64,000 nucleotides of DNA, taken from Alphaproteobacteria bacterium (GTDB lineage Bacteria; Pseudomonadota; Alphaproteobacteria; Rickettsiales; UBA998). Within the stretch, counting starts at the first letter, position 1, and each line of letters begins with the position of its first letter. Below the pieces are notes generated by a model that worked only from the letters and a program-made list of their open reading frames with translations, did not search any database and had not been told where the DNA came from. Of this stretch, positions 53,124 through 62,523 are shown one piece after another. The stretch spans positions 10,110 to 74,109 of the forward strand of contig JAYUJH010000006.1 of NCBI GenBank assembly GCA_043765375.1. The letters are read 5' to 3'. The position numbers and the translations under genes were made by a program.

Positions 53124-54281
53124 ATGTTTTCTCAGTTTAATCAACAATATTTATGGTCACTCGGCGTTATGAGTGGAACATCGCTTGATGCAATTGACCT
53201 TGCTATGCTGAAAACTGATGGCGAAATAATCATTGAGCATGGGGCAGTAAAAAATATCGCAATTCCTGATGATTTGCGCCAAAAATTGCAGGATTTAATG
53301 GGCGAACAAGCGTTAACATGCAACCAAAAATTGATTAAACCCACAATCCATAACAATATAAATATTGATTTTTTAAGCATTGAGCAGCAATATTCTAACC
53401 TAGTAGCGAATGCAATTTGTGAGTTCATCGCTGATATAACAGATAAACCCGACATAATAGGATTTCACGGGCAAACTATAATTCACCGCCCACATCAAGC
53501 AATCACATGGCAGTTAGGCAATGCGAATATCATAGCGCAACAAACGGGAATTGGCGTTATCTCAGATTTTCGCAGACGTGATATGGCAGCAGGTGGGCAA
53601 GGTGCGCCCCTTGTGCCAATATATCACGCCGCATTAGCGCATAATCTCCCAAAACCAATTGCGTTATTAAATATTGGTGGGGTAGCAAATGTTACATATA
53701 TAGGCGATGCAGGCGAATTAATTGCGTTTGATACTGGAGCAGGAAATGCCTTACTCAATGATTTTGTGCGCTCCCATACTGGTGAAAATTATGATGATGG
53801 CGGCAAATATGCAGCAGCAGGAAAAGCTGATTTAGGAATTGTTGAACAAGCATTACAACATGATTATTTCAACAAAACTCCACCAAAATCGTTGGATAGA
53901 AATCAGTTTGATGCGCAAATAAGTAATGCAATAAGCGAACTTGGCTTGCATGATGGTGCAGCAACATTAATGCAATTCACCGTGGCGTCAATCATTAAAT
54001 CGCAACAGTTTTTTCCAAAACCAGCAAAAAAATGGGTGATTTGTGGTGGTGGAGTGCATAACAAAGCGATGATGCAATCGTTGCAAAGTCAATTAAATGT
54101 CTTAACGCAATTTAATGTTCCAGTTATTGCATCAGAACAGCTTGGTTGGCGCAGTGATTTTGTGGAGGCGGAAGCATTTGCTTATCTCGCAGTTCGTTCA
54201 TTGCGAGGATTGCCACTAACATTTCCTTCCACCACGGGAGTTAATCACGCGGTAACTGGCGGCGTTTTTTGCCAATCATAG
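53124..54281 (+). CDS. anmK: Anhydro-N-acetylmuramic acid kinase
   Basis: GVMSGTSLD, GFHGQT, DFRRRD.AAGGQGAPL, NIGGVAN, EAEAFAYLA. Confidence 0.96.
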   Translation: MFSQFNQQYLWSLGVMSGTSLDAIDLAMLKTDGEIIIEHGAVKNIAIPDDLRQKLQDLMGEQALTCNQKLIKPTIHNNINIDFLSIEQQYSNLVANAICEFIADITDKPDIIGFHGQTIIHRPHQAITWQLGNANIIAQQTGIGVISDFRRRDMAAGGQGAPLVPIYHAALAHNLPKPIALLNIGGVANVTYIGDAGELIAFDTGAGNALLNDFVRSHTGENYDDGGKYAAAGKADLGIVEQALQHDYFNKTPPKSLDRNQFDAQISNAISELGLHDGAATLMQFTVASIIKSQQFFPKPAKKWVICGGGVHNKAMMQSLQSQLNVLTQFNVPVIASEQLGWRSDFVEAEAFAYLAVRSLRGLPLTFPSTTGVNHAVTGGVFCQS

Positions 54282-54939
54282 GTTGCCTGCTTTCCAGATA
54301 TTCCTGCATTTTTGCATTAATAAAATCAGTCGTGACGTTCTCCAAATCATCTAATTGATTGCGGAAATAATGGTCAGCCCCCGCAAACTTATTATATTGC
54401 ACCCGCATATGGTGATGAGTGCGCAAACGCTCCGAAATGCGGGCAACATCTGGCTCATTAACGATATCGTCCTTATCACCCTGCAACACCAAGCCAACCG
54501 CAGGACACGGCGAAAGGAATGAAAAATCATATTTATTCACGGGCGGGGAAGCAGCAACAAATCCTTCCAATTCAGGGCGACGCATCAGCAACTGCATTGC
54601 AATCCATGCACCAAATGAAAATCCAGATACCCAACAAGTGCAAGCCTCGGGATTTTTATTTTGTATCCAATCAAGGGCGGTTGCAGCATCACCAAGCTCA
54701 CCAAGACCTTCATCATATCGCCCAACAGATTTACCCACGCCACGAAAATTGAAGCGCAACACTGAAAATCCGCTATTCATGAATGATTGAAACAAACGAT
54801 AAACCACCTTGTTATTCATCGTTCCACCATAAAGCGGGTGGGGGTGCAGCACAATCGCAATTGGCGCAATCGGGTTATCATTATGATGATACCGCCCCTC
54901 TAATCTTCCTTCCGAACCATTAAATATAACTTCAGGCAT
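54241..54939 (-). CDS. Alpha/beta hydrolase (conserved alphaproteobacterial family)
   Basis: MPEVIFNG.EGRLEGRY, HPHP..GGTMNN, GFSFG, ADHYF. Confidence 0.92.
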   Translation of the reverse strand: MPEVIFNGSEGRLEGRYHHNDNPIAPIAIVLHPHPLYGGTMNNKVVYRLFQSFMNSGFSVLRFNFRGVGKSVGRYDEGLGELGDAATALDWIQNKNPEACTCWVSGFSFGAWIAMQLLMRRPELEGFVAASPPVNKYDFSFLSPCPAVGLVLQGDKDDIVNEPDVARISERLRTHHHMRVQYNKFAGADHYFRNQLDDLENVTTDFINAKMQEYLESRQPMIGKKRRQLPRD

Positions 54940-55131
54940 ATGCTCTCATGTGGTGAAATGGTGAATAACTTCAATTTATTAATGTGGGTTATGATATTAA
55001 TGTAAATTATGAATGTGATAAATATATCAAAACCACCATCAACATACTTTAATTACTTGCCAATTTCAATATAAATAATTTTGTGTCGCATGTTGTAATA
55101 TAAATGCAATATATATGTTATATATTTGTTA

Positions 55132-55605
55132 ATGATGGGAAATGAAAAGCAAAAAGATAAAATTGAAAGAACTTCCGATGATTGGTTTGTAGGCGGAGTA
55201 GCTGGATTAACTGCGTCCGCATTGGCTGCTTATGGCTGCATTAACTTACAGTTGCGCTCCGTTGGAATTGAAGGATTTGCTGGTGTTACAAGGATAAAAA
55301 TTGATGCAATGCAAACAATAACTGATAACTTCTTGAATAAACTACCGCTCAATATTAATATTGAAAGAAGCAATAATGCAATTCAAGCTGATTATGTATT
55401 AAAAAACATAGATTCATTAAAAGAACCAAATGATTGGACTAAATTAATCGTTATGGGAACATTAGTTGCAACAACAATATTTGTGAGTGGGCTAGCTGCA
55501 AAAACACATCACGAAAAAACAGCGTCAGAACCACCAAAAACTAATATTGATTCTGCAACAGCGACGAGATGGCAACAATTGAAAAAATCTCAACATGAGT
55601 TATAA
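55132..55605 (+). CDS. Hypothetical two-TM protein
   Basis: ORF with two hydrophobic segments; no recognised family. Confidence 0.6.
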   Translation: MMGNEKQKDKIERTSDDWFVGGVAGLTASALAAYGCINLQLRSVGIEGFAGVTRIKIDAMQTITDNFLNKLPLNINIERSNNAIQADYVLKNIDSLKEPNDWTKLIVMGTLVATTIFVSGLAAKTHHEKTASEPPKTNIDSATATRWQQLKKSQHEL

Positions 55606-55638
55606 AAAAATAGGCTGGCTAATTAAAACCAGCCTATT
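55604..55638. terminator. Intrinsic terminator between the convergent islet genes
   Basis: AATAGGCTGG-10 nt-CCAGCCTATT with an A-run (U-tail on the minus strand). Confidence 0.75.
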
Positions 55639-55671
55639 GGGTGTGTAAAACAAACAAAATCCTGTCAATAT

Positions 55672-56142
55672 TCAAATATTTGTGATTCCATCACAAAATA
55701 TTTGAAAGTCAGAATCTAATTGCTCAATTTGCTTCATATTAAATCCAATGTGAAACAGTTGATAATCAGTAATTGCTTGCTGATACCATTTTCTTGCCAA
55801 CTCTTTTTTGTTAAGAAGAACAAAAACCACGGCAATATTAAACGATATCTCACCCATTTGCACAAACTGCTTTATTTGTTCAAATCTGGAGTAGCTTAGA
55901 ATTAACAATTCAAGAGAATTAACTAAAAACAACTCTCGCTGTTCTTTATCTAACTCAGACGATCTAGCTGTTGCCAAAAATTGTGTTGCAGTTTGATATT
56001 CTATTGTCCAAACTGGATCAATTTTTTTATCTGGGTTAAGATAGCCATCATTGTTTGAAACTCTTTCTATTAATCTTGTCGCTATCTCTACTAACTCAAA
56101 AATGTTTAGGGTTAATTTAAGAAGAGTCACAGGATCTGCCAT
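55672..56142 (-). CDS. Hypothetical helical (TPR-like) protein
   Basis: AAGGAAGG SD before MADPVT; FNIAVVFVLLNKKELARKWYQQAI resembles a TPR. Confidence 0.6.
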   Translation of the reverse strand: MADPVTLLKLTLNIFELVEIATRLIERVSNNDGYLNPDKKIDPVWTIEYQTATQFLATARSSELDKEQRELFLVNSLELLILSYSRFEQIKQFVQMGEISFNIAVVFVLLNKKELARKWYQQAITDYQLFHIGFNMKQIEQLDSDFQIFCDGITNI

Positions 56143-56405
56143 GATAGAAACCTTCCTTAATTTAAGGAAAATAAGGGTGTGTTTGAATAATTTGTTTTTC
56201 AACAAACGCCATCACCAAAAAAACTCATCTCATTGCTGCAAAATGCAAGCTATGAAATAAAAAAGTTAAAAGGAAAACATGTTCGCCTTAAAACAAATTA
56301 CTAGAACTAAAATAAACTAATATTAAGAAAATATCAACGCATAAATCTTTGTATAATTGCATTTTAATTACTTGCCAATTTCAATATAAATAGTATGAAT
56401 ATGAT

Positions 56406-57149
56406 ATGTTTAAGCGATTGCGAGAAGATATTGGTGCATTCACCGCCCGAGACCCTGCCGCAACTTCAGCGATTGAAGTGCTATTTTGTTATGCGGGATT
56501 GCACGCTTTATGGTTGCACCGAGTTGCACATTTTTTGCATTGCATCAACTTTAAGTTGTTGGCTCGCATCATCGCAACATTCAGCCGCTTTTTAACGGGA
56601 ATAGAGATTCACCCCGCAGCAAAAATCGGGCGCAGATTAGTGATTGATCATGGAATGGGAGTGGTGATTGGTGAAACTGCCGAAATTGGTGATGATGTGA
56701 CTATATATCACGGGGTAACTTTAGGTGGAATAACCTTAGACAAAGTTCGCCGTCACCCCCGCATTGAAAATGGCGTAGTAATTGGGGCAGGTGCAAAAGT
56801 TCTTGGCGCAATCACGGTTGGAACTGGGGCAATCATAGGCTCAAATGCCGTGGTTACCAAAAATGTTGCCCCAAACACCACGGTGGTTGGCGTTCCAGCG
56901 CATGTGGTGGGAATTATGGTGGGAGCTTCCGCTAATGTTATTTCGGATAATATTGATGACACAAAAGACGCTCACCTAGCACAAAATAACGGCGTTCACG
57001 AGTTTGGCTCACATGCCCACGAGCTTGGCTCATACGGAGGAGAGAAAGCCAATTCTGCTGACCCAATTTATCAGGAATTAGCCGAGATTAAACGGCAATT
57101 ATTGGATTTGCAAAAGCATGTATTATCTTTGAATGGTAATGAAAATTAA
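56406..57149 (+). CDS. cysE: Serine O-acetyltransferase
   Basis: [38 protein letters not shown]. Confidence 0.96.
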   Translation: MFKRLREDIGAFTARDPAATSAIEVLFCYAGLHALWLHRVAHFLHCINFKLLARIIATFSRFLTGIEIHPAAKIGRRLVIDHGMGVVIGETAEIGDDVTIYHGVTLGGITLDKVRRHPRIENGVVIGAGAKVLGAITVGTGAIIGSNAVVTKNVAPNTTVVGVPAHVVGIMVGASANVISDNIDDTKDAHLAQNNGVHEFGSHAHELGSYGGEKANSADPIYQELAEIKRQLLDLQKHVLSLNGNEN

Positions 57150-57565
57150 TTATTATTGCGTAGTTCAACCAGCCCCAAACAAGCACTAACCGCCCCTGCC
57201 CCTTTGTTTTTTCTACTGATATCTGCCCGCTCCAACGCTTGCGCCTCATTTTCCACCGTTAATATCCCGTTACCAATTGCCAAATGATAGCGAACGCCCA
57301 AATCCATCAGTCCGCGCGCGCTTTCATTGCATACAGTTTCATAATGTGAAGTTTCCCCCCGAATGACGCAACCAAGCGCAACATATCCATCATATTCCTG
57401 CTCGCCACTTTCAAGCATAGCAATCGCTGGAGGAATCTCCAACGCACCAGCAACTTGCACAATATCATGTTCAACGCCTCGCTTTTTGCATTCAGCGACC
57501 GCCCCTGCTATCAACATTTCACTAATATGTTCGTAAAATCCTGCGACTATAATCATTATTTTCAT
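57146..57565 (-). CDS. ribH: 6,7-dimethyl-8-ribityllumazine synthase
   Basis: [26 protein letters not shown]. Confidence 0.96.
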   Translation of the reverse strand: MKIMIIVAGFYEHISEMLIAGAVAECKKRGVEHDIVQVAGALEIPPAIAMLESGEQEYDGYVALGCVIRGETSHYETVCNESARGLMDLGVRYHLAIGNGILTVENEAQALERADISRKNKGAGAVSACLGLVELRNNN

Positions 57566-57600
57566 TTATATAACTCCTAATAAATCCTAAACACTAAACT

Positions 57601-58095
57601 CTACTTAATATTTGCGCCCAATATTTGCGCCATTTGCTGCACCGCATGATAATATCCGTCTGCACCAAACCCGCATATCACCCCTGTTGCAATCGCACTA
57701 ATATATGAAAAATGGCGAAAATCTTCCCGTGCATGGATATTGCTCAAATGCACCTCAAATATTGGCACATTAAGCATCGCCACCGCATCTCGCAGGCTAA
57801 CTGAACTATGCGAAAGCCCCGCTGGATTGATGATTAAACCCCGCACCAAACCAAAATATTGCTGCAAAACATCAATCAATTCGCCCTCATGGTTGCTTTG
57901 CATTGAATCAAGCGTTAAATTATGCTGTTTTGCAATCTTAGCGCATTGCATTTCTATTGTTTTTAAGTTATTATCGCCATAAATATGTGGTTCACGCAAC
58001 CCTAGCATATTCAAATTAGGTCCATTCAACAATAAAATATCACATTTCACGACATCACATTTCACGGCGTCACGTTTCACATTATCATTTTTCAT
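57601..58095 (-). CDS. aroQ: Type II 3-dehydroquinate dehydratase
   Basis: LNGPNLNMLGLREPHIYG, QSNHEG, NPAG, EVHLSNIHARE.FR. Confidence 0.97.
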   Translation of the reverse strand: MKNDNVKRDAVKCDVVKCDILLLNGPNLNMLGLREPHIYGDNNLKTIEMQCAKIAKQHNLTLDSMQSNHEGELIDVLQQYFGLVRGLIINPAGLSHSSVSLRDAVAMLNVPIFEVHLSNIHAREDFRHFSYISAIATGVICGFGADGYYHAVQQMAQILGANIK

Positions 58096-58124
58096 ATTAA
58101 ACTAATTTCACAAAAGATTATAAA

Positions 58125-58337
58125 ATGCAATTATTTATTAAAATATTTCTCAATGGAGCGGAATATCAGCTCGCAAAACAGCTTACCGTCACCGAATTGC
58201 TGCAACAATTATCCATTGATGCACAGCAAATTGCCGTTGAGAAAAATGCGGAGATAATTAGCCGTTCAACTTATGATAATGTGCATATATGTGCAGGTGA
58301 TGCAATAGAGCTGGTTGAGTTTGTGGGTGGGGGTTGA
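58125..58337 (+). CDS. thiS: Sulfur carrier protein ThiS
   Basis: [20 protein letters not shown]-terminus. Confidence 0.94.
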   Translation: MQLFIKIFLNGAEYQLAKQLTVTELLQQLSIDAQQIAVEKNAEIISRSTYDNVHICAGDAIELVEFVGGG

Positions 58338-59179
58338 TGATGGTGAATAATATTAGGGCAAGTGACGATATTATAGATGATATTATGATGGGCATTGATG
58401 GTAAATCAGACGATGATGATTTGTTAAAAATTGGTAGCTATATTTTCAACTCAAGGTTGCTGGTTGGCACGGGTAAATATCGCTCCGCCCAACATGCTAA
58501 AGAGGCAATCATCGCAAGCGGTGCAGAAATTGTGACAGTCGCATTGCGTCGCCATGATTTCAGCAAAATAACGCCTTCCATCACCACGATAATAACCACT
58601 GATATGGTGCAATATTTGCCCAATTCAGCAGGGTGTTACACGGCAGATGAGGCGGTGCGGACTTTACGTTTGGCACGAGAACTTGGCGATTTTCGTTTGG
58701 TGAAGCTAGAAGTTATTGGTGACAAAACTATGCTATATCCCGATGTGATTGAAACACTCAAAGCCGCTGAGATACTCGCAAATGATGGTTTTGAAGTCAT
58801 GGCTTATACCAATGATGATCCGCTCATTGCCGCACGTTTGGAAGAAGTCGGTTGCGTTGCAATCATGCCAATTGGCTCACCGATAGGCTCGGGACAGGGA
58901 ATAAAAAATCATTTTAATATTCAAGTAATCGTGGAACAGTCTAGCGTTCCAGTGATATTAGATGCAGGAATTGGAACAGCCTCTGATGCAGCAATCGCTA
59001 TGGAATTAGGTTGCTCGGGCGTTTTGCTCAACACTGCTCTGGCGGAGGCAAAAAATCCACAACTAATGGCGGAAGCGATGCGTGGAGCGGTTATTGCGGG
59101 GCGCAAAGCCTATCTTGCGGGGCGTATGGCAAAGCGCAACCATGCTAATGCTAGCTCGCCTGAAATTAATTTGATATGA
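58337..59179 (+). CDS. thiG: Thiazole synthase
   Basis: [36 protein letters not shown]. Confidence 0.97.
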   Translation: MMVNNIRASDDIIDDIMMGIDGKSDDDDLLKIGSYIFNSRLLVGTGKYRSAQHAKEAIIASGAEIVTVALRRHDFSKITPSITTIITTDMVQYLPNSAGCYTADEAVRTLRLARELGDFRLVKLEVIGDKTMLYPDVIETLKAAEILANDGFEVMAYTNDDPLIAARLEEVGCVAIMPIGSPIGSGQGIKNHFNIQVIVEQSSVPVILDAGIGTASDAAIAMELGCSGVLLNTALAEAKNPQLMAEAMRGAVIAGRKAYLAGRMAKRNHANASSPEINLI

Positions 59180-59227
59180 CGAAAAAATGGCGAGATTTAT
59201 ATGCTGATATTTGTAAATAGAAAAAAT

Positions 59228-59293
59228 GCCATACCAGCGAATGCTGGTATCCAGAAAATACCAAAATGGACTCCAGATTTCGTTGGAGTGACA
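59228..59293. repeat. Inverted pair of REP-like palindromes
   Basis: GCCATACCAGCGAATGCTGGTATCCA - 13 nt - TGGACTCCAGATTTCGTTGGAGTGACA. Confidence 0.8.
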
Positions 59294-59330
59294 AAAACAA
59301 AATCATATCAAATTAACAAAACTAATTAAT

Positions 59331-60023
59331 ATGATAGGGTCGTTGCGAGGCAAAATTATTCTAATTGCGGAGGATTATATCCTGCTAGAAATTGATGGCG
59401 GAGTGGGATATATGGTGCATATCTCATCACGTCACCTTGCAAGCATCGCCATTAATGATGTGATATTTTTATATATTCATACTAATGTGCGAGAAGACGC
59501 AATCACGCTTTATGGCTTTGAAAATGCTCAAGCGCAATCATTATTTTTGTTGCTTTGCACAGTGCAGGGGGTGGGCAATAAAATGGCGTTGAATGTTATT
59601 TCAACTTTTTCAAGCACACAATTGCGGGATATTTTAATTGCGCAGGATATAAACTCACTCACCATTGTCAGCGGGGTTGGCAAACGGTTGGGTGAGAGAA
59701 TTATCACCGAATTAAAGAACAAAACTAACATATTGGAGCGTATTTTTGCAGATAATAATGCAGTGCAATATACGGATAATTCAAATGTTAATGACGAGGT
59801 AATTCAAATTGAGGCAAATGCTAAGGCGAATGCAAAATCTGTTAAAGCTAAAACATCACCGAAAATATCACTGGATAATAACCTCATTAAAGATGCAACT
59901 TCAGCGTTGGAAAATCTCGGTTATAGCAAAGCAGATGCAATGCGGGCAGCAATTTCTGCCAAAGCGAATGGCGCAACGGATTTGAGCGAAATAATCACCA
60001 ATGCGTTGCGTTTGCTTGGCTAG
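59331..60023 (+). CDS. ruvA: Holliday junction branch migration protein RuvA
   Basis: MIGSLRG, GVGY, VREDAITLYGF, GVGKRLGERIITELK, SALENLGY. Confidence 0.96.
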   Translation: MIGSLRGKIILIAEDYILLEIDGGVGYMVHISSRHLASIAINDVIFLYIHTNVREDAITLYGFENAQAQSLFLLLCTVQGVGNKMALNVISTFSSTQLRDILIAQDINSLTIVSGVGKRLGERIITELKNKTNILERIFADNNAVQYTDNSNVNDEVIQIEANAKANAKSVKAKTSPKISLDNNLIKDATSALENLGYSKADAMRAAISAKANGATDLSEIITNALRLLG

Positions 60024-60225
60024 CTTGCGAGATTTGGCTAGTTTGCATAACTTGGTTATTTTGAAAAAAGTTCTGCTCCACAACTTTTTGCATCACGGGA
60101 ATGCACTTGCCACATTTAGGTTTGCAACCTTGTTTTTCATAAACTTCAAGAGCGCATGTTGCCCCCGCCGCCAATGAATTGAGGCAATGTTGTTCTTTCA
60201 AGCAATTACAAATACATATATACAT
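59995..60225 (-). CDS. bfd: Bacterioferritin-associated (2Fe-2S) ferredoxin
   Basis: MYICICN...CGKC. Confidence 0.88.
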   Translation of the reverse strand: MYICICNCLKEQHCLNSLAAGATCALEVYEKQGCKPKCGKCIPVMQKVVEQNFFQNNQVMQTSQISQASQANATHW

Positions 60226-60248
60226 AATACGAATATTACATTATTTTT

Positions 60249-60279
60249 GTTGCGAATGCAAGTCATTCTTAATCGCAAC
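60249..60279. promoter_or_regulatory. Palindromic candidate iron-regulator (Fur-like) site overlapping the bfd -35
   Basis: GTTGCGA-ATGCAAGTCATTCTTAA-TCGCAAC; minus-strand TTGCAT-17-TAATAT-7-ATG promoter. Confidence 0.45.
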
Positions 60280-60326
60280 TGGGTTAATTTATAAATAAGA
60301 GTTACTTTATAACTGAAATGTTTCCC

Positions 60327-60355
60327 TTGACATTATGCCTAAAAAATCATTTAAT
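60327..60355 (+). promoter_or_regulatory. Sigma70-type promoter
   Basis: TTGACA-17 bp-TTTAAT. Confidence 0.65.
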
Positions 60356-60361
60356 TAATGT

Positions 60362-60572
60362 TCACTTATTTTGTAAATATGTTCTTAATTCTTTGGCGTG
60401 CCGTTTGGGTTTTTCTATTTTTTGGAGGAAACCTCCTCTTAAACGACCCAACAAACCCCCTGACTGCCCTAGTTTTTTTAACAGCAGGCGTTCTTTACCT
60501 GCTAGGCGCATACTTCTACTGGAAGTAGTTCTAAATCTCCCCCGAAGATAAATAATTCTGGGGATTTTTTTT
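60362..60572 (+). ncRNA. Candidate structured sRNA or leader RNA
   Basis: Follows the promoter; hairpins GGAGG-AAA-CCTCC, AGCAGG..CCTGCT, TACTTC..GAAGTA; ends in CCCC..GGGG stem + T-run. Confidence 0.45.
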
Positions 60573-60609
60573 ATTCCTATTTTCCACGCTTGCTGCTATA
60601 ACTTCATTC

Positions 60610-62466
60610 ATGAAAAGATTAATATTTAGCTTAAAAGATGTATCATATAATATTGGCGGAAGACTGCTATTTGAAGGGCTATCTTGCCAAATCCACGAGC
60701 GAGATCGCATTTGTTTGGTGGGTAAAAATGGAGCGGGCAAAACCACCCTCATGAAAATGATAACGGGTGATGTTGAGGCAGATTCAGGCGAAAGATTTTT
60801 GCACCCAAGCACAAATGTTGGTTATTTGTCACAAGCAATGCCCGAGCAGAACCATTTAACTGTGCGAGATTTTGTGCTTGATGGCTTGCCATTGGAGAAT
60901 GAATCTGAGAAAGAAATGCGCAATTATCTGGTGGATATTGTGATTGGTCCCCTAGAGATAAACCCCGATGCAATTATGAGCAGCCTCTCTGGTGGGCAGG
61001 TGCGACGGGCGTGTTTAGCTCGTGCATTAGTGTTGCAACCTGATATCTTGTTACTAGATGAGCCAACAAATCACCTTGATTTAACCGCCATAGAATGGTT
61101 GGAAGATTACCTTAAATATTATGAAGGAGCATTAATTTGTATTAGCCATGATAGAACTTTTTTAACTAATATATCTCAAAAAGTGTTGTGGCTTGATGGT
61201 GGGGATATCAAATTATGCCCACATGGATATGGTAAGTTTGAAGAATGGATGGAGAAAATATTAGAGCAAGAGGCGCGTGAATTGCAAAACTTAAGCAAAC
61301 AAGTAGATGCTGAACATCAATGGACACAAGGAGGAGTGACGGCACGGCGCAAGCGTAATGTGCGCCGAGTGCGTGAGTTATATGCACTGCGGGAGAAATT
61401 GCAACAGGATAAAGCCGCATATAATAAGCGTTCGCAAAAACTGGATATTGACCCAGTTGCAAGGGTGAATGGTTCAAAGTTAATTGCAGAGTTTCGCCAT
61501 GTTCACAAAAAATATATTCGTGGCGATGAAGTAATCCCCATTTTGAATGATTTTTCGCATAGCGTATTGCGAGGTGATAAAATTGGTATATTGGGGCGCA
61601 ATGGTGCAGGAAAATCATCATTCATTAAGCTATTAATTGGTGAAATTGAGGCAGATTCAGGCAGTGTATTTCGCCAAAAAAACTTGGAAATTGCCTATTT
61701 TGATCAACATCGTAGTGACTTAAATCCCAGCAAAACACTAGCAGAAACACTCTGCCCCGATGGTGGACATTATGTGCAGTTAGGTTCAATTGAAGACCCC
61801 CGCCCCATTCATATTTGTGGGTATCTCAAACGCTTTATGTTTGACCCAAAATCTGCATTTGACAAAGTCGCAACATTATCTGGTGGTATGCAAAATCGGT
61901 TACTATTAGCGAAAATACTCGCTCGCCCATCACCATTAATGATTCTTGATGAGCCAACCAATGATCTTGATATGGATATGTTGGATATGCTGCAAGAAAT
62001 GTTATTTGATTATCAAGGAACATTAATTTTGGTAAGCCATGATAGAGATTTTCTAGACCGCTCCGTCACTGAAATTATCGCATTTGAAGGTGACGCACAA
62101 GTGCATGGTTGCTATGGCGGCTATCATGATTATATTCGTGAACGTGAAGTGCGTTTGGGTAAAAAGCCCGCTCCAATCGTCATTCCCCGTGATAGCATGG
62201 CAAAAGCAATTGAAGCACAGGTGAAACAGGTTGCAACCCCACTAACTTATGGTGAACGCATTGAATTAAGCAAAATGCAACAACATATTGACGAACTTCA
62301 ACAACGAATTGATGAATTGCAAAACCAATTAAATGATACTGAATTATTTAGCAAAAGCCCTGATAGTTTCACTAAAATAATTGGTGATTTTGATGAGGCA
62401 ACAGAGTTGCTAACCCAAGCTGAGGAACGCTGGCTGATGCTTGAAGAACGGGCGATTGCCAGTTGA
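60610..62466 (+). CDS. uup: ABC-F family ATPase (Uup-like)
   Basis: Two ABC domains (GKNGAGKT, GRNGAGKS), LDEPTN twice, ARRKRNVRR linker, C-terminal coiled coil ending EERWL.LE. Confidence 0.9.
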   Translation: MKRLIFSLKDVSYNIGGRLLFEGLSCQIHERDRICLVGKNGAGKTTLMKMITGDVEADSGERFLHPSTNVGYLSQAMPEQNHLTVRDFVLDGLPLENESEKEMRNYLVDIVIGPLEINPDAIMSSLSGGQVRRACLARALVLQPDILLLDEPTNHLDLTAIEWLEDYLKYYEGALICISHDRTFLTNISQKVLWLDGGDIKLCPHGYGKFEEWMEKILEQEARELQNLSKQVDAEHQWTQGGVTARRKRNVRRVRELYALREKLQQDKAAYNKRSQKLDIDPVARVNGSKLIAEFRHVHKKYIRGDEVIPILNDFSHSVLRGDKIGILGRNGAGKSSFIKLLIGEIEADSGSVFRQKNLEIAYFDQHRSDLNPSKTLAETLCPDGGHYVQLGSIEDPRPIHICGYLKRFMFDPKSAFDKVATLSGGMQNRLLLAKILARPSPLMILDEPTNDLDMDMLDMLQEMLFDYQGTLILVSHDRDFLDRSVTEIIAFEGDAQVHGCYGGYHDYIREREVRLGKKPAPIVIPRDSMAKAIEAQVKQVATPLTYGERIELSKMQQHIDELQQRIDELQNQLNDTELFSKSPDSFTKIIGDFDEATELLTQAEERWLMLEERAIAS

Positions 62467-62523
62467 TCTAATAAGTTGATTTGTTAAGTTAATATGCTGG
62501 TTAATATTGCATGAATAATATAT

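Larger units (their letters stand above)
55048..56392. mobile_element. Putative 1.3-kb islet bounded by exact 30-bp direct repeats
   Basis: TTTAATTACTTGCCAATTTCAATATAAATA at 55048-55077 and 56363-56392, enclosing two orphan ORFs; no recombinase gene. Confidence 0.6.
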
